NCBI GenBank assembly: GCA_964016885.1
Contig: OZ024746.1
Coordinates: 63,178,001-63,242,000, forward strand
Length of the DNA: 64,000 nt
Direction: 5' to 3'
Source of the DNA: Eledone cirrhosa
Taxonomy: Eukaryota
A model generated the notes under the pieces. That model was not told the DNA's origin and did no database searches. It worked only from the letters and a program-made list of their open reading frames with translations. Below, one piece after another: positions 36,021 to 50,815 of the stretch. The number at the start of each line of letters is the position of its first letter. The first letter of the stretch is position 1. Position numbers and translations under genes: made by a program.

Positions 36021-39000
36021 CGAAGGAAGTGTGGTAAGGAACCAGGTGGACCATAACGCACCAGAGTTCCCAGAAATAGCCGTCGAACGGCTTGTGCTCT
36101 GCCGTCGGGGTCTTGAACATTTTCCCATATATATATATTAATGATTTAGAAAATGTTCTTGGATATTAAATCACTATTTGAAATATATGTTCTTGTAAAT
36201 GTTGGTTTTGTTTTTAATCCAATTTTGTCACCCCCTTCACCACTTTGTGTGTGAGAGATAGAAAGAACATATAAAGATAAAAAATGATTATATATGAAAA
36301 GGCTTAATGAACAACCAGCTCGCTTTGCTGAAACCGCATAGCTGTGTTGTAAGAAACTGAATAATAATATATACACACGCATCTTCTTAGTATTGACAGT
36401 CGCGAGGATGAATATTCAATACTATAGGGATTATTTTCTTTAATAAGACCAAGTTTGAGTCTCGTTACTTTGGAGCTTCGCATGTATACTCAGTCACAAG
36501 ACTTGGAATTGTTCTCTGCCTAAACTGAAACACACACACACACACACACACAGAGTATAATTTATTAGACTACTTCTGTATTGAGTACTCATACTCACGT
36601 TCGTCAATAATACACGTATATATATACATAGTTGTTTCAATTTAGGTTAACATTTCTATTTTAATTTGCTGAATATTTCCTTTTAACGAGAAAGGAAAAT
36701 AATTTTTAAAGAAGGTGATAAATCACCTGTTTCTATTTTTACTAAGTTTAAAGGCATAAATATTAGATAGAAGTACTTGCATGTAATCAATTAATTATTG
36801 CTAGGAACCTTATAACTATAATACACAAAAATATATAATCAAAACGAGAGAAGAAAAAATATATTCCATATAAACCATTGAGGAATGGAGTAATGTTTAT
36901 AAGTCATATGTTATATACACGTAATCACAAATAGCGAAAATACTGATTGTATTCATTAAAAGATTTGAAATATTAAAAGAATTTCTATTCATCATTGTAA
37001 CTTTTTTTTTTATTCCCTCATAATTTCTGTTGGTTGCCTTTTACATTCCTTATCTCTAGAATTTAACGTTTTTCGGGTTTGAAAAAAAAGCTTCTATTTT
37101 TAGAATGTCCACTTGCTGTTGATAACGAAGTAGTGGTAGACTGTTGAATAACCATTCCATTATTGCCAACTGTTACTATTTGCAAAATACTTTGGTCTTC
37201 TTCTTGGCTCTCTCATGTCTAACCTGATATAAGAAGGAAGGAAGAATGTGTTTATGATAAACTTAAAAACAAACGATAATCATGCTTTTATCTTTGCTAC
37301 CTTACAAAATTTGGTACTCTCTCCCACTAATATAGCTTTTGTTATATTGGTGGTTCGTTGTTAAGAATTCACCCACTTGGTACTTATTGCTTATAACAAT
37401 CACTTCACATTTAAAACCGTTTTTCTACGAGCTGTTTTTTAGGGACTTCGGTGTGTTCGTTTGTCACGCTAGAAATAGCAGCCAAATCTTCAAACCACAA
37501 CATACCGGCTTAGATTACAGAATGATCGATAAGACTGGATGGTCATGGATGGCATGCTCGATCAAAGCTAATCTAGATCTAACAAAAGCAACTGCTTAAT
37601 TATGAAGCGTTATGGTTTTCTAGAATTTTAACAGAAAATATTTAACTATTTTTTGTAAACATTATTTATCGATTATTTGTAGAAACTATTACTTTTGGAA
37701 ATATTTAAATCAGATTATACGAGAAAGCTAATAAGTCTATCAGACAATAAATATTCTATTTTTACCTTTAAAAAAAATCATCGTAATTAAATATTAGAAT
37801 CCCAAATGACACCCCAAGAGTGTTTTTGATATTGAAAAGTGTGGCTCTTCGTGCTTCAGGAAATGTGGATTTGTTCTGAATTGTACCGAACACGTAAAGC
37901 TCAATAAAATGTCCTCTCTTTTAACAGGGGTTTCAAATATTCGACCCTCGGGCTGCATGTGACCCACGAACTACTCTTCTATAGCCCCCGGTACGGTAGA
38001 ACAATTTTGGTGACTAGTATATTCCGAAAATTTCGTAATTTGTCCCTGTTTTAATAATATTTATAGTACAATTTATTGTGATTTATCTATGTAATACAAT
38101 AAAATGTTGAGGCAGGTGGGCCAAAGTTATCATGAGTGAAAACGGAAAAAAGGAATTTACCAAAAGTAAAATTGGAATTCAAAAGTTCTACATTTTGTAC
38201 TAATTCACATATCCTACTTACTATCATGTGTGTATTGGTTTTTAAGAAAAATAAATAAATAGCATTTTATCAGCTGTATTGTAGAACATAACTGGTGGAA
38301 ATAACATTCTACCCCACTCCTTCATCTTTCTTTTGGTCAGCTGTGCCACTCCCCAGAATGTAATGGTACTTTTGACGTCCCTTAGTTTGAAACCCACTGT
38401 TCTGTAACGTGTTGTAATGTAGGTTTTTATGTACTTGCTATGCATGTCTCCTGCTGGCCATTTAATGTTATTTAATAGGGTGTGTAAATAGTTCGATGTG
38501 TGAACTTGATTAAATGATTTCTTGGGGTTGGAGTCAATGGGCTTCATTATTGAACTTGAACAAAGGCGATGGATTAGCAGAGTCGTTAAAGCGTCAGACA
38601 AATGCTTAGCAGCTCTCTACATTCTAGTTTCAAATCCTTTCGATGTTGTTGAAATAAGTTGCCAGTAAAGTATTGAGATCGGTATAATCGGCTTTCCCCC
38701 TCCCCATAAATTGCTAGCCGTGTGCCCAAATTATAATTCATTACTGGACTTGAACAAACATCAGGTTCATTATGCTATTTAAAAAGAGTGGTGGGTTGGC
38801 TGTATCGGGACAACATGCTTTGCAGCATATAGTTACGGTCCTTTACGTCCCGAGTTCAAATCTCACCGAGGTTAGCTTCTGGGGGGTCAATAAAATAAAG
38901 TAACTAATGCAATGAGGGTTGATTCAATCGACTATCTTTCAAATTGCTAGTTTTGTGCTAAAAATCGAAAGAATTATATTATTTAAATGCTTATTTTCCC

Positions 39001-39451
39001 ATATTTCAAGATCCAGTTTAAAACGTGCTTCACTATATGAATGATAGGTAGATGAGGATGATGGTACATATATTACCTGGAAGCTTGTCCCGTTTTAATT
39101 ATTCTCTTTCCTGTTATTATCAGTAATTGAGTAATTCTACCTTATAAGCCATTGATTATTTAATTTGTTGTATTGCCATCGTCTTTTGTTTTCGAGCCAA
39201 CAAAATAACAGCCAAATCTTGGCTCAAAACACGCTACCGTTTTTAGAAGGGGACACGTTTGATGATGTGGTTCGTGAAAAACTAGAGATGATCATGAATG
39301 ACTGGTATGTTTCTGGTCATAAGTCTGCTTGATCGGGGTCAAAACATATATAAAGCAGTGAAACAACGTATCTCTAACGATCGACTGATGAGACGGGACT
39401 CTGTATTTGTTAATTTTCTTGTCTTTGCCCATGAATGTATGTATATGTGTG

Positions 39452-39487
<36 letters not shown>

Positions 39488-40060
39488 AGAGTCCGGGTTT
39501 AATCGGGAGTAACCATAGTAAGGTACTCGATACATTAGTAGAGTATATAGAAATGGCTTCTACAGGATACAGGGCTAAAACTGTTTCATTCGAAGGAAAT
39601 CATGAGGGCTTTCCTAATGATTTCCTTCGAATGAAACAGTTCTAGTCCTGTAGAAGCCATTTCTATATTATATATATATACTCGTACAAAAATAAAAATC
39701 GACCTTTTAATTTTTGCTACCCAAATTTGGATTTTCCATGTATTTCATGTAAAAGTCGACCCTAGCTTTTCATGGGATATAAATCAACATTTGTGAATGT
39801 GAAGGTTTTATCTTGAACAAAGAGGAAATATATTTTACTACGCCTGGTGTACACAAGTGGAAATTTTGGTTTTGGTATTACAAAATGTATTGATGTATAG
39901 AGACATCGATATTATTAATGTAAATCACCTATTTACTTTTCTTTTTTCACCTACAATCTATTTAAGCTTTTGTTTATCGAGATAATATTTGGGATTGTTT
40001 GAATTTAACCAAACGAAAGCAGTATCTATGTAATCAACCCCGTAAATTTAACCTAAAAAA

Positions 40061-40600
40061 TAATTGTTTCTACTTTTTGGCACAAGGCCAGCAATTACCC
40101 AGTGCATTACTGGTACTTTATTTTATCGACCCCGTAAGGATGAAAGGCAAAGTTAACCTCGGCGCGATTCGAACTCAGAATGGCAAGGGCCGTAACTCTG
40201 TGCGTCAAAGCATAGCGTCCGACCCTCTACCGATACTGCCAATCCACCCTAAAAAAATAATTGACTATAAAATTCTACTTTATGTATATGTACGTACTTA
40301 CACATACACACACAGCTTGTATATTGGGATATTTCCCTATTCCTTTTAATATGAAAGCTCAGAAACATCCTATTTACAGGTTTCATAATTTTGGCTACAA
40401 GAGGGCAATAGATTGGCATAACCAGTAGTGTCGGACAACATGCTTTGCGGCATATAGTAACGACCTTTGAAATCCTGCCTCGGTTAGTTTTGCCTTTCAT
40501 CCTTTCAGGGTCGATATAATAATGTACCAGTAACGCACTGGGGTCGATTTAATCGACTTTCCCTTCAAATTACTGGCCTTGTGCCGAATGTAAAAACTAT
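40061..40600. mobile_element. Divergent pair of SINE copies (40061-40249 minus, ~40410-40600 plus)
   Basis: Family motifs in opposite orientation. Confidence 0.8.
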
Positions 40601-41480
40601 TTTGGCTACAAGAATTCCCCAGCACGGCGACTCAAATATCACCGTTATATCCAATTATGCTAAGCTCCCCCCCCCCCCCCCCCCCATATTAGAACTACAT
40701 AATCCATTAGTTCTCAGCTGTTTTTTTTTTTTTTTTGACGTCTTTGATACTCCAAGGTTTGTTTAGATCTTAGTCTGCCAGAAATTATGGCGTGAAATTT
40801 ATTATTAAACCAATTAAACGGTATAACAGTAAATGTCACGCCGTCAGTTTAAGTTGTCACTAGTAAATTGAATTTGTACTTTTTTTCCCATAAAGAAGCA
40901 GTAGATATCCCGGATTTTACGGTCTGAAGCAGATTTTTTTTATTTATTTATTTAAACAATATACATTCCAATTTATGATATGTATTGTTGGCGAGTGTTA
41001 GGGGTTAAGGAATCACATTGACACGATTGGAAAACTATTAATTTGAAATGTATATGCACATACTCAAAAACTAAAATCTGAATTGGTGTGTCTACTGTTT
41101 TGTTTGGAAAATGTTTTGTTTTAAACTGAAGTCTGGTATAGCTGGAAGACTTACATTAAAAAAAGGAAAATATACAGAACATGTCCTTGTTGGTTAAAAC
41201 TAAACCATAGACATTTTTATCAACATATTGCCCACAACGTGACAACCCGTCTAACCCATGCTAGCGTGGAAGAATGGGCGTAAAATAGTGATGATGATGA
41301 TATGTTTGAGATAGTGCCCTAGTTTTCTAATTTCCTACTTAGATAATTTTATTTTTATCATTCACTTTCACAAGCCATCTAAACACCTGCCTGTTATTTA
41401 GAAAACTTTGCATCCACGTCACTCTAGATTTGATCTCACTAAATGGCCCTTTAGACAAACTGGACTAACTAATTTCTACT

Positions 41481-41929
41481 AATACAACATAAATAACAAT
41501 CAAATTTTGTTTAAGGCTTTTAATGGTTTTCGATCGTTTCGTCCAGATATAGGTCTGGAATCATCAGAGAATATAAAAGGTTTAAACAAATATATTCCTA
41601 ATCATTAGAACATTTAACAGGATACATTATATGAGAAGACTAATTATAAGTGTTAATCCAATATATTAAAGAGTAAGAGCAAAAGAAAGTTATGATATGA
41701 TATATATTTTGATATCTGTTCAACTTTCTTTTGTTCTTGCTCTTTAATATATTGGATTAACACTTATAATTAGTCTTCTCACATATAATGTATCCTGTTA
41801 AATGTTCTAATGATTAGGATTATATTTGTTTTAACTTTTTATATTCTGATGATTCCAGACCTATATCTGTATGAAACGATCGTAAGCCATTAAATGCCTT
41901 AAACAAAATTTGATTATTTATGTTGTATT
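41481..41929. mobile_element. Fold-back element (~210-bp arms) with hammerhead-like motifs
   Basis: Arms at 41481-41691 / 41722-41929, each with CTGATGA-T-TCCAGA cctata TCTG(G/T)A-(C/T)-GAAACGATC. Confidence 0.8.
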
Positions 41930-42204
41930 TCTGCTCTGTATTATATCTGATATTTTACATTCAGCTACTTATCTTACTGTTCATCAGGTAATATACAATA
42001 TTACCCTTATCTTATTTATATTTTTATGTATAACTATTACTATATATGTAAGTATGTATTCTTTTCTATATATATATATATATAATATATTCATTCATTG
42101 ATATTGGTGGTTCACTGGCCATTGAAATATATATAGTGTCTGCAAAAATAAAAAAAACTTTAAAGGAATTTCAACGATCCAGCCTCCTGTCACTTTATTA
42201 GATA

Positions 42205-42910
<706 letters not shown>

Positions 42911-43095
42911 CATGCTAGCGTGGAAGATGGATGTTAAACGATGATGATGATATATATATATGTGTCAGTAGGCACCTCTTAACAAAATACACCCCCGTCC
43001 CACACCACCCCCTTTCGATGTAAAGTTATGTTGGTACCACAACATCCAGTCCGAAATAAATGAGGTTGTGTAGGTGTCAGGACAAAAAAAACACA

Positions 43096-43531
43096 CAGTC
43101 CACGCTGTAACGTGGCCGTGTAGGTAACACGGTAAAAACCTCCCAGTCTACACTGTAAACGTGGTTGGTGTTAGGAAGGGCATCCAGCCGTAGAAAACCC
43201 GCCAGACAGTCCACGCTGTAATGTGACCGTGTAGGCAACACGGTAAAAACCTCCCAGTCTACACTGTAAACGTGGTTGGTGTTGGAAAGGGCACCCAGCC
43301 GTGGAAAACGCGCCAGACAGTCCACACTGTAATGTGGCCGTGTAGGTAACACGGTAAAAACCTCCCAGTCTACACTGTAAACGTGGTTGGTGTTAGGCAG
43401 GGCATCCAGCTGTAGAAAACCAGCCAGACAGTCCACGCTGTAATGTGGCCGTGTAGTTAACACGGTAAAAACCTCCCAGTCCACACTGTAAACGTGGTTG
43501 GTGTTAGGAAGGGCATCCAGCCGTAGAAAAC
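43096..43531 (+). repeat. Tandem array, about 4 x 111 bp, derived from a SINE internal domain
   Basis: Units start at 43096, 43207, 43318 and 43429 and contain GTGGTTGGTGTTAGGAAGGGCATCCAGCCGTAGAAAAC. The array continues into an RTE-type 3' tail with (GAT)n at 43590-43633. Confidence 0.93.
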
Positions 43532-44424
43532 AGTTCTATACGAGCAAGACAACCAGTCTTGCCTCAAGTGGGAAAATTCCCGCCCAAACCCATGCAAGCG
43601 TGGAAGATGGACGTTAAACGATGATGATGATGATATACACATCACATATATCGACGAGAAAAGCTCACTTTATATTGCATAACTTTTTCTACTATAAGTA
43701 TAATAATAGACTGGCAGTTTGTTGCATATTTTTTTCTCTTTTGTGCTGGCTAAATTTATCTATAGTAATTAGATAACTGCTGAATTGTATATATTCCCCA
43801 AATCTGGTTGTCATGGTGATCTGCAGGTTGGTTGTTTTAATGTTTTTATTTCATTAAATTCTCTAAGGAATGAAGCCAAATGCATTTTAAAATATATATA
43901 TTTTTTTAATTTTATTGTTTTGCTTAACTTAACTTTAAGTGTTATCAATGAAAGTAGGTCAAATCTAAAACAAAAAAAAATTTTTTTTTTTTCTGCCCAC
44001 ATATTTGTTTATTGCATTTGGTGTACCCTAGCAACATTTGGAACCCATCCAAATATCTATAGTCCCTGACATGGGCTTGTATAACAAAGCTAAAGAGAAA
44101 CAATGGTTTTATTGTGGCCTAAGCTTTCTAGCATTAATCACTTTGTGTGGTAGATATGATGGATGTTACTTTAGAAGGTTAGGTGAATGACAGGTATAGC
44201 TGTATGGGTGCATATATGTATATATGAAGGTCAAGAGAGAGAGAGAGTTAGCTAAGACAGTACAGCAGCTTAAAATAAATTTCAATAGTTGGTTTTTAGT
44301 TCAAACACAGCATGGGTCAACTTATCTTTTCACCATACCCCAATGAGAAATAAATCTAAACTTGTCAGAGCAAGAACTTATGAATATATTTATGAAAGGA
44401 ATTGGTGTTGGTTGAGATTAAATA

Positions 44425-44890
44425 CATCATCATCATCATAGTCTGCTTTTCCTTGCTTACAAGGGTGGGACGAGTTCTTTTCAGCACAGCATCTCTGAAT
44501 TCGTCAGTCCTTCGTCATCTGTGCCTTCCTTTTCAACTGGGATTTCTTGGTACTTATTCACCCAGCGGTCATCTTCCATGCGCATCACATGGCCATACCA
44601 ATGCAGTCTTCTCTCCAGCACACTACAGTTTATCCCTCTTATACGCAGTTTCACTCTCAACCCATCTATGCTTGGTCGTTCATGCACATTGACATTGCAC
44701 ATCCATCGGAGCATGCTTGCTTCATCTCTCTCCAGCCATCGCATATCCTCCACAGTTGCTGCCCATGTCTCACTACCATGCAGCATCAGGTATCATACAG
44801 CCAGAAACCCTTCGTTGTCAACAGAGGAGGCAGCTCCCTAAACTTCTTCCATCGTGTCCGTATTCTAGATACTATGGCTTCGGAGCATCA
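44425..44890 (-). mobile_element. RTE LINE 3' fragment
   Basis: MLHGSETWAATVEDMRWLERDEASMLRWMCNV...ERRLHWYGHVMRMEDD with a (GAT)n tail. Confidence 0.92.
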
Positions 44891-44957
44891 AAAATTCATA
44901 TATATATTTCACCTAGGTATGACATGAAGTAGATTCAATCTTATATGTATATTTATA

Positions 44958-45363
44958 ATCAAATAATTGTTTCTACTTTTTGGCACAAGGCCAGCAATTA
45001 CCCAGTATAATTACGGGTACTTTATTTTATGGACCCCGTAAGGATGAAAGGCAAAGTTAACCTCGGCGGGATTTGAACTCAGATCGTAAAGGGACGTAAC
45101 TATGCTGGAAAGCATGTCCGACCCTCTACCGATACTGCCAATTCAATGGTAGTTAAGATGGGATTAATTCACCATTATTTGGCAGTATCGGTAGAGGGTT
45201 GGACGCCATGCTTTCTAGAATAGTTACGTCCCTTTACAGTCTGAGTTCAAATCCTGCCGAGGTTAACTTTGCCTTTCATCCTTACGGGATCGATAAAATA
45301 AAGTACCAGTAATGTACTGGGTAATTGCTGGCCTTGTGCCTAAAGTAGGAACAATTATTTGAT
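44958..45363. repeat. Inverted pair of young SINEs (~185-bp arms, ~37-bp spacer)
   Basis: 44958-45141 is the approximate reverse complement of 45179-45363. Confidence 0.92.
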
Positions 45364-45659
45364 AAATGAATACTCTGTGACTCATTTTCACCAACCTGGG
45401 ATAAACTACTGACATAAAGTGCTTTGGATCGCTAGGACCTGCTTATCCTCAAAAAGTTACATAACAACTAAGATAAACAACACTCTTCTGAAACTATATA
45501 TATATATGTGCACACACACACTGTTTATTGGTAAAATAGATGAGAAAATGAGTTAATGTTTTTAATGTAGCTGTCTTAATAACTAAAACATCTTCAGTTA
45601 TATGTTATATATATAAGGTTGTGTAATAAGTAGATTTGAATGTAATTTTTAACCAAGTT

Positions 45660-45987
45660 TTAACCCTTTAGCATTCACATTATTTTAAATCCCGCCGAGG
45701 TTGACTTTGCCTTTCATCCTTACAGGGTCGATAAAATAAAGTACCAGTAATGCACTGGGTAATTGCTGGCCTTGTGCCTAAAGTAGAAACAATTATTTTA
45801 TATATACTATATTTTCATGGTAAAGACTTTACCTCACATGATTATCTCACATAATATCGAATCTATGAGATTTTGAAAGTATTTATTTTGATGACAATAC
45901 CTTAACATCAGTTTGAGCAACCAGTTACAGCCAGTTTCAACAGAAAAAGGTAGAGAATTTTGGCCGGTTTGAACACTAAAGGGTTAA
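45660..45987 (+). mobile_element. piggyBac-type MITE with nested SINE fragment
   Basis: TTAA-CCCTTTAG ... CTAAAGGG-TTAA, with a SINE piece at about 45688-45797. Confidence 0.85.
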
Positions 45988-46565
45988 AGCTGAATATCCC
46001 AATTTAACTATGAAACTAGAATGTTATTGATAATCATAAGATTGGTAGACTATGGATGTGAGCCTTAATTGTATTCTGCACTGATGACCAAAGGAGAACA
46101 TAGTCATAATCACATTACCAGTGCTATATTTGGAACAGAGCCAATATTATTGGTAATATAATGGTAGTATTGGTTTTGTGGTTAAGGAGTTTGCTTTATA
46201 ACCATGTAATTCTGTAGGGCAGAATAAACTTTAGAAGCTCAAAAGGTCTGTTTGTGTTTATACCCTGTTACTTTGACAAAAACAAAATCAATAAAATAAG
46301 TACCAGGCTAGAAAAAACGTGTACTGAGGTTGATATGATCAACTAAATCAAAGCGGTGCCCCAGTATGGTCGCAGTTTGACTGAAACAAGTAAATAAAGA
46401 TGTAAAATATTTCTGTACCTAGTTCAAATTCATATATGTGCCTACTGTATATAATTTGTCTGTGAAATGGGGAAAACATCCAAACCCCTTTTATAAGCCG
46501 AGGCAGCTATTCAATACACTGTTTAATTGGCGTATATATGCCCCCCCCCCCCTCATTTTCCCATC

Positions 46566-46601
<36 letters not shown>

Positions 46602-47016
46602 CATATTTGAGTATATACTGTAAGTTCTGCTGGGCTGGCTTGCCTCTGATACACTGAAAAGAAAACCTTCAAGTGATGCTCCATTGGTTTGATTGTAGGA
46701 TGGTATATGATCAAAAAGGCATAATACATTCCAAATAAAATGTTTTATATATTGGTGGATGCTATCATAAATATAATTCTTATGGACAGTGAATTGGGCA
46801 GAATTGTTAGAACATCAGATAGAATGTTTTGTGGAATTTGTTCTAGTCTACCTTTCATCCTTTGAGATCGATAAAAAAAGAAAGGACCAGTCCAGTACTG
46901 GGGTCAGATCTTTCTCTGTCTCTTTCTCATCTCCTCTCTCTTGCCCTCTCTCCTTATCTGGAGAAATCAGCTGTGTTCTGACGAGGAGAAAGGATCGACT
47001 CCGCCATGTTTTAAAG

Positions 47017-47198
47017 TAGGCATGTCAAACATGTGGCCCGCGGGCCACATACGGCCCTTTACAAGCACACCTGTGGCCCACACAAAGGTTTTTACATCAC
47101 AAGCATGTTTTATCTTCGTAAAATTAGTTGTAATGTGTGGCCCTCAGACAACACGTGACCCATGTGGCCCTCGGAGGACCCTCAATTTGACATACCTG
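47017..47198. mobile_element. hAT-type MITE with 8-bp TSD
   Basis: TAGGCATGTCAAA / TTTGACATACCTG, with TSD TTTTAAAG at 47009-47016 and 47199-47206. Confidence 0.9.
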
Positions 47199-47335
47199 TT
47201 TTAAAGTACCCAAGACAGCTCCCCCTACAACTCCATCAGGTGTTACAGTTACATCAATACATACATCTCATTACTATTGTATTACTAAAAACTGAATCTT
47301 TGGATTTAATTGTTCATACACATTCCTCTAGTTCT

Positions 47336-47559
47336 TTAATCCTTTAGCATTTATATTACTCTATATTTGCAATTATATTTTCATGTAAAGGCTTTACCTC
47401 AAGTAATTATCTCACATAGTATCAAATCTATGAGATTTTGATATTTATTTTGAGAACAATACCTTAACAAAAGTATAAGTAGCCGGTTATGACTGATATA
47501 ACAAAAAGAGGTGAGAGAATTTTGGCCCGATACGGCCGGTTTAAATACTAAAGGGTTAA
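47336..47559 (+). mobile_element. piggyBac-type MITE
   Basis: TTAA flanks, CCTTTAG / CTAAAGGG ends and family internal sequence. Confidence 0.85.
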
Positions 47560-49624
47560 ATTACATTTCAATAGGTTACAACTAAGTTTTTCCCCAACCA
47601 AAATATAGAAGATACATTTTAACTATCTCACTAAAATTTTAGATATTTAGTTTTTTTGGTGGGTGGGGTAGTATTTGATTATTCAGATTTACAAGTAAGA
47701 CAATTATTTCAATCTCACATTGCCAAAAATGGTGTTACTGACTCAATGAGCCTTTTTATCAAAGGCGTTATCATCACAATTGAAATAGTTTCAGATGGAA
47801 ATCAGAATTGGGAATACAGATTTGTCTTGCGATAACTTACATTTGCTTACTCTGTGGTGCTTTCTTTTATCTAGGTTATCTAATATTAGTTCTGGAAAAG
47901 GAGCAAGTGATAACATATTTCCTTGGATATTAGGTTGAAGAAATCTAGGGAATTTCAGGAAACAGGACACTTACTGTGGATGGATGGGATATGATGCAGC
48001 ATTGTCACCAAAATATAGGTACTAAAGACACAAGAATATATATTTCTATAGCTGAAATGCTTTGATAGAATGTTACAAATAAGTTGAGAAATCTAGAGGA
48101 TATCTGTGACATTGTGTATACATTTTCATGTTATATGTAGATAAATCTTCTAAATATGGATATGTACATATAAAACATTAGAATTGTGGTGATTTCCAGC
48201 AGATAGCTGAAGAAATGAGATGTTTCTGTTTATTGTTTTGCTGCAAGTTTCCAGTCTGTTGTTTTCATTGCCTGTACTTAGATTTTATCTTGTGTGTGGG
48301 TAACTAGCTTGAGTAGTCTTTTAACTAATATTCTCCCTCATCTAATTAAGTGTGATACCAATTTTAAGATAAGTAGTTTGACCTTTTCATTGTCATATTT
48401 TTAATGAAAAACATTGCCTATAATTTTGAAGTAATTTTGAAAAAGATGAAGTAATTTTCTCATTATGTTGGTGTTTGGAAAATAACTTAAAGGTTCTTAC
48501 ATAAAATCATAATGGAAGAATTTAAAATAGTTTCTTTCATAGGAACTCTGCGTGGTATCAGATGATTTGGAATCAAAGTAAAGTATTTTGCATTGGTCTT
48601 AGAACTGCTGCTTCATTCCATTTGGCAATAAGTAAAGTTAAACCTTCTACTGGATATCTGTTGCAGGAAACTTTCCTGGGTTATCTTGTGCCCTTTCCTG
48701 GTAGGTAAGTGAGCCAGAGAGTAATGTAAAATTGTGCTGCTCAAATACACAACAAAAGGACATCATATGTTTATCAACTTGTATAATGTACTTTACATGT
48801 TGGCTGTAGTAGGATTTGAACTCATACCACTGCAGTTTATATATGTATATATGATGAGTTCTCATATATAAAATAATAGTTTTTGATTTAGGCACAAGGC
48901 CGGCAATTTTGTGGGGAGGGGAAAGGCGATCAAATCAACCCCAATGTGTTACTGGTACTTTATTTTATCGACCACGTAAGGATGAAAGGGAAAATTAACC
49001 TTGGCAGGATTTGAACGCAGAACGTAAGGGGCCATAATTCTCTGCTACAAAGCATGTTGTCTGGTGCTCAACCGATGCTGCCAATACACCATCCTTCTCA
49101 TATATAAAATAATGGCAACCATCTTATTTCTTGCTTGTACGATAAGCAACAACTAACATGGATAGTGTCTCCATGACCTATGTTAAAACATGCTTTGAAA
49201 CCTGAGCATGCAAATGTGTTGAGAAATTTGACTCTGTACATAACAGACCATTCTTTTTCCTTTATTCTATGGAAACCCTTAACACTACAAATATATATGT
49301 ATGGAGGCTCCATCATTTCTGCTGCTGAGTGCTTCAGTTAATTCAACAAATGGAACTGCCTGCTTGTAAAATTAATGTGTAAGTGGATATGTGACCCATA
49401 TCGTGTGTGTGTATATATGTATATAACGACAGTCGATCGACTTTCGTCAATTCGGGCCGAGGAAACACTGTTACCATTGGTCTTTCCAATTGCTAATACT
49501 ATCGGTCGCAACTCCAGGTAGAAGCAATGTGAAATAAAGTGTCTTGCTCAAGGACATAACACATCGCCCGGTCCAGGAATCAAACTCACAACCTCACGAT
49601 TGCAAATCCAATTCTCTAACCATA

Positions 49625-49674
<50 letters not shown>

Positions 49675-49910
49675 ATCCATGTAATCCAGAACATTAAACT
49701 CAGACATGATGTCTTAAGTTACCAGGTTTTCCTGGTCAGCTCTAATCATGCCGGCATGTGTCATGACTTAGTTATCGATTGCTGACTACTAAGTGACCTA
49801 CTAACAGAATATACAAGTTATTACTATATCTTATCAAGGAGGTATTCAATACTCCAGTTGTTGTTCAGCATGGTTGAGCAGATCAAAAACATTCAAATCA
49901 TGACTAACCG

Positions 49911-49944
<34 letters not shown>

Positions 49945-50216
49945 TGGGTGGGATTTCTAATGTAGTGAAATGTAGAACTACATTAATGAATGTGTGTGTA
50001 TGGTTTAAGAGATTTGGCTGCTACCTTTAGCATGTCAAACAACTATGTAGATGCTCTCTTATTGGATAAACAGATATATACTCTTGCTTCAATAAATTAT
50101 GTCTACCTATGAATTATATATATATATATTTTTTTTTTTAAAGTAATTGTTAATGTCAAACTTTCACTCAAAATAGGTCTAAAAAATTAATTTTCAAACT
50201 GTTTTTAATCGTTGTT

Positions 50217-50625
50217 TTAACCCTTTAGCATTTACTCTATATTGACGATTGTATTTTCACGGTAAACACTTTATCTCATTTAATCATCTCACATAGCATT
50301 GAATCTTCGAGATTTTGATATTATTTATTTTGAGAACAATGCAGTAACAGAATTGTTTCTACTTTTGGCACAAGGCCAGCAATTACCCAGTACATTACTG
50401 GTACTTTATTTTATCGACCCCGTAAGGATGAAAGGCAAAGTTAATTCGGCAGGATTTGAACTCAGACCGTAAAGGGACGTAACTATGCTGGAAAGCATGG
50501 CATCCGACTCTCTACCGATACTGCCAGCAGTAACATAATGATGAGCAGTTGGTTATAGTTGATTTCAACAGAAAGAGGTCAGGGACTTTTGGCCGGATAC
50601 AGCAGTTTGAATACTAAAGGGTTAA
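50217..50625 (+). mobile_element. piggyBac-type MITE with nested SINE (50350-50526, minus; TSD GCAGTAACA)
   Basis: TTAA-CCCTTTAG...CTAAAGGG-TTAA, with a 9-bp TSD at 50341-50349 and 50527-50535. Confidence 0.9.
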
Positions 50626-50629
50626 GCTA

Positions 50630-50815
50630 ACCAAATAATGGACCAAGATCAGTAATTGGGATGAGCACTTCAGTTCTAATATTTTGTCAACAAGAATTAC
50701 AAATGCTGTTCTTTCTGGTTCATAATTTCCTAAAATCTCATATGGTTCTCTCTCAATGTAGTTTTTGTGGCACCCAACAAAAATCTTGTCAATTTGCACA
50801 ATATTTCCTGTATTG
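50630..50815 (-). pseudogene. Probable Merlin (IS1595-like) transposase remnant
   Basis: GNIVQIDKIFVGCHKNY...ILGNYEPERTAFVILVDK / EVLIPI..SIIW resembles GxIVEIDES...RKY...WILGGYE...FxVxVxDRSAxxLxPII...GSIIWSD. Confidence 0.5.

Noticed and set aside
38242-38601. 119-aa minus-strand ORF
   Set aside because: It starts inside a SINE head, and no recognisable motif or convincing splice signals were found.
43077-43484. 135-aa ORF with 37-aa repeats; array superficially CRISPR-like
   Set aside because: The 111-bp unit is simply a multiple of 3. The units are wholly repeated with no unique spacers, there are no cas genes, and the sequence is SINE-derived.
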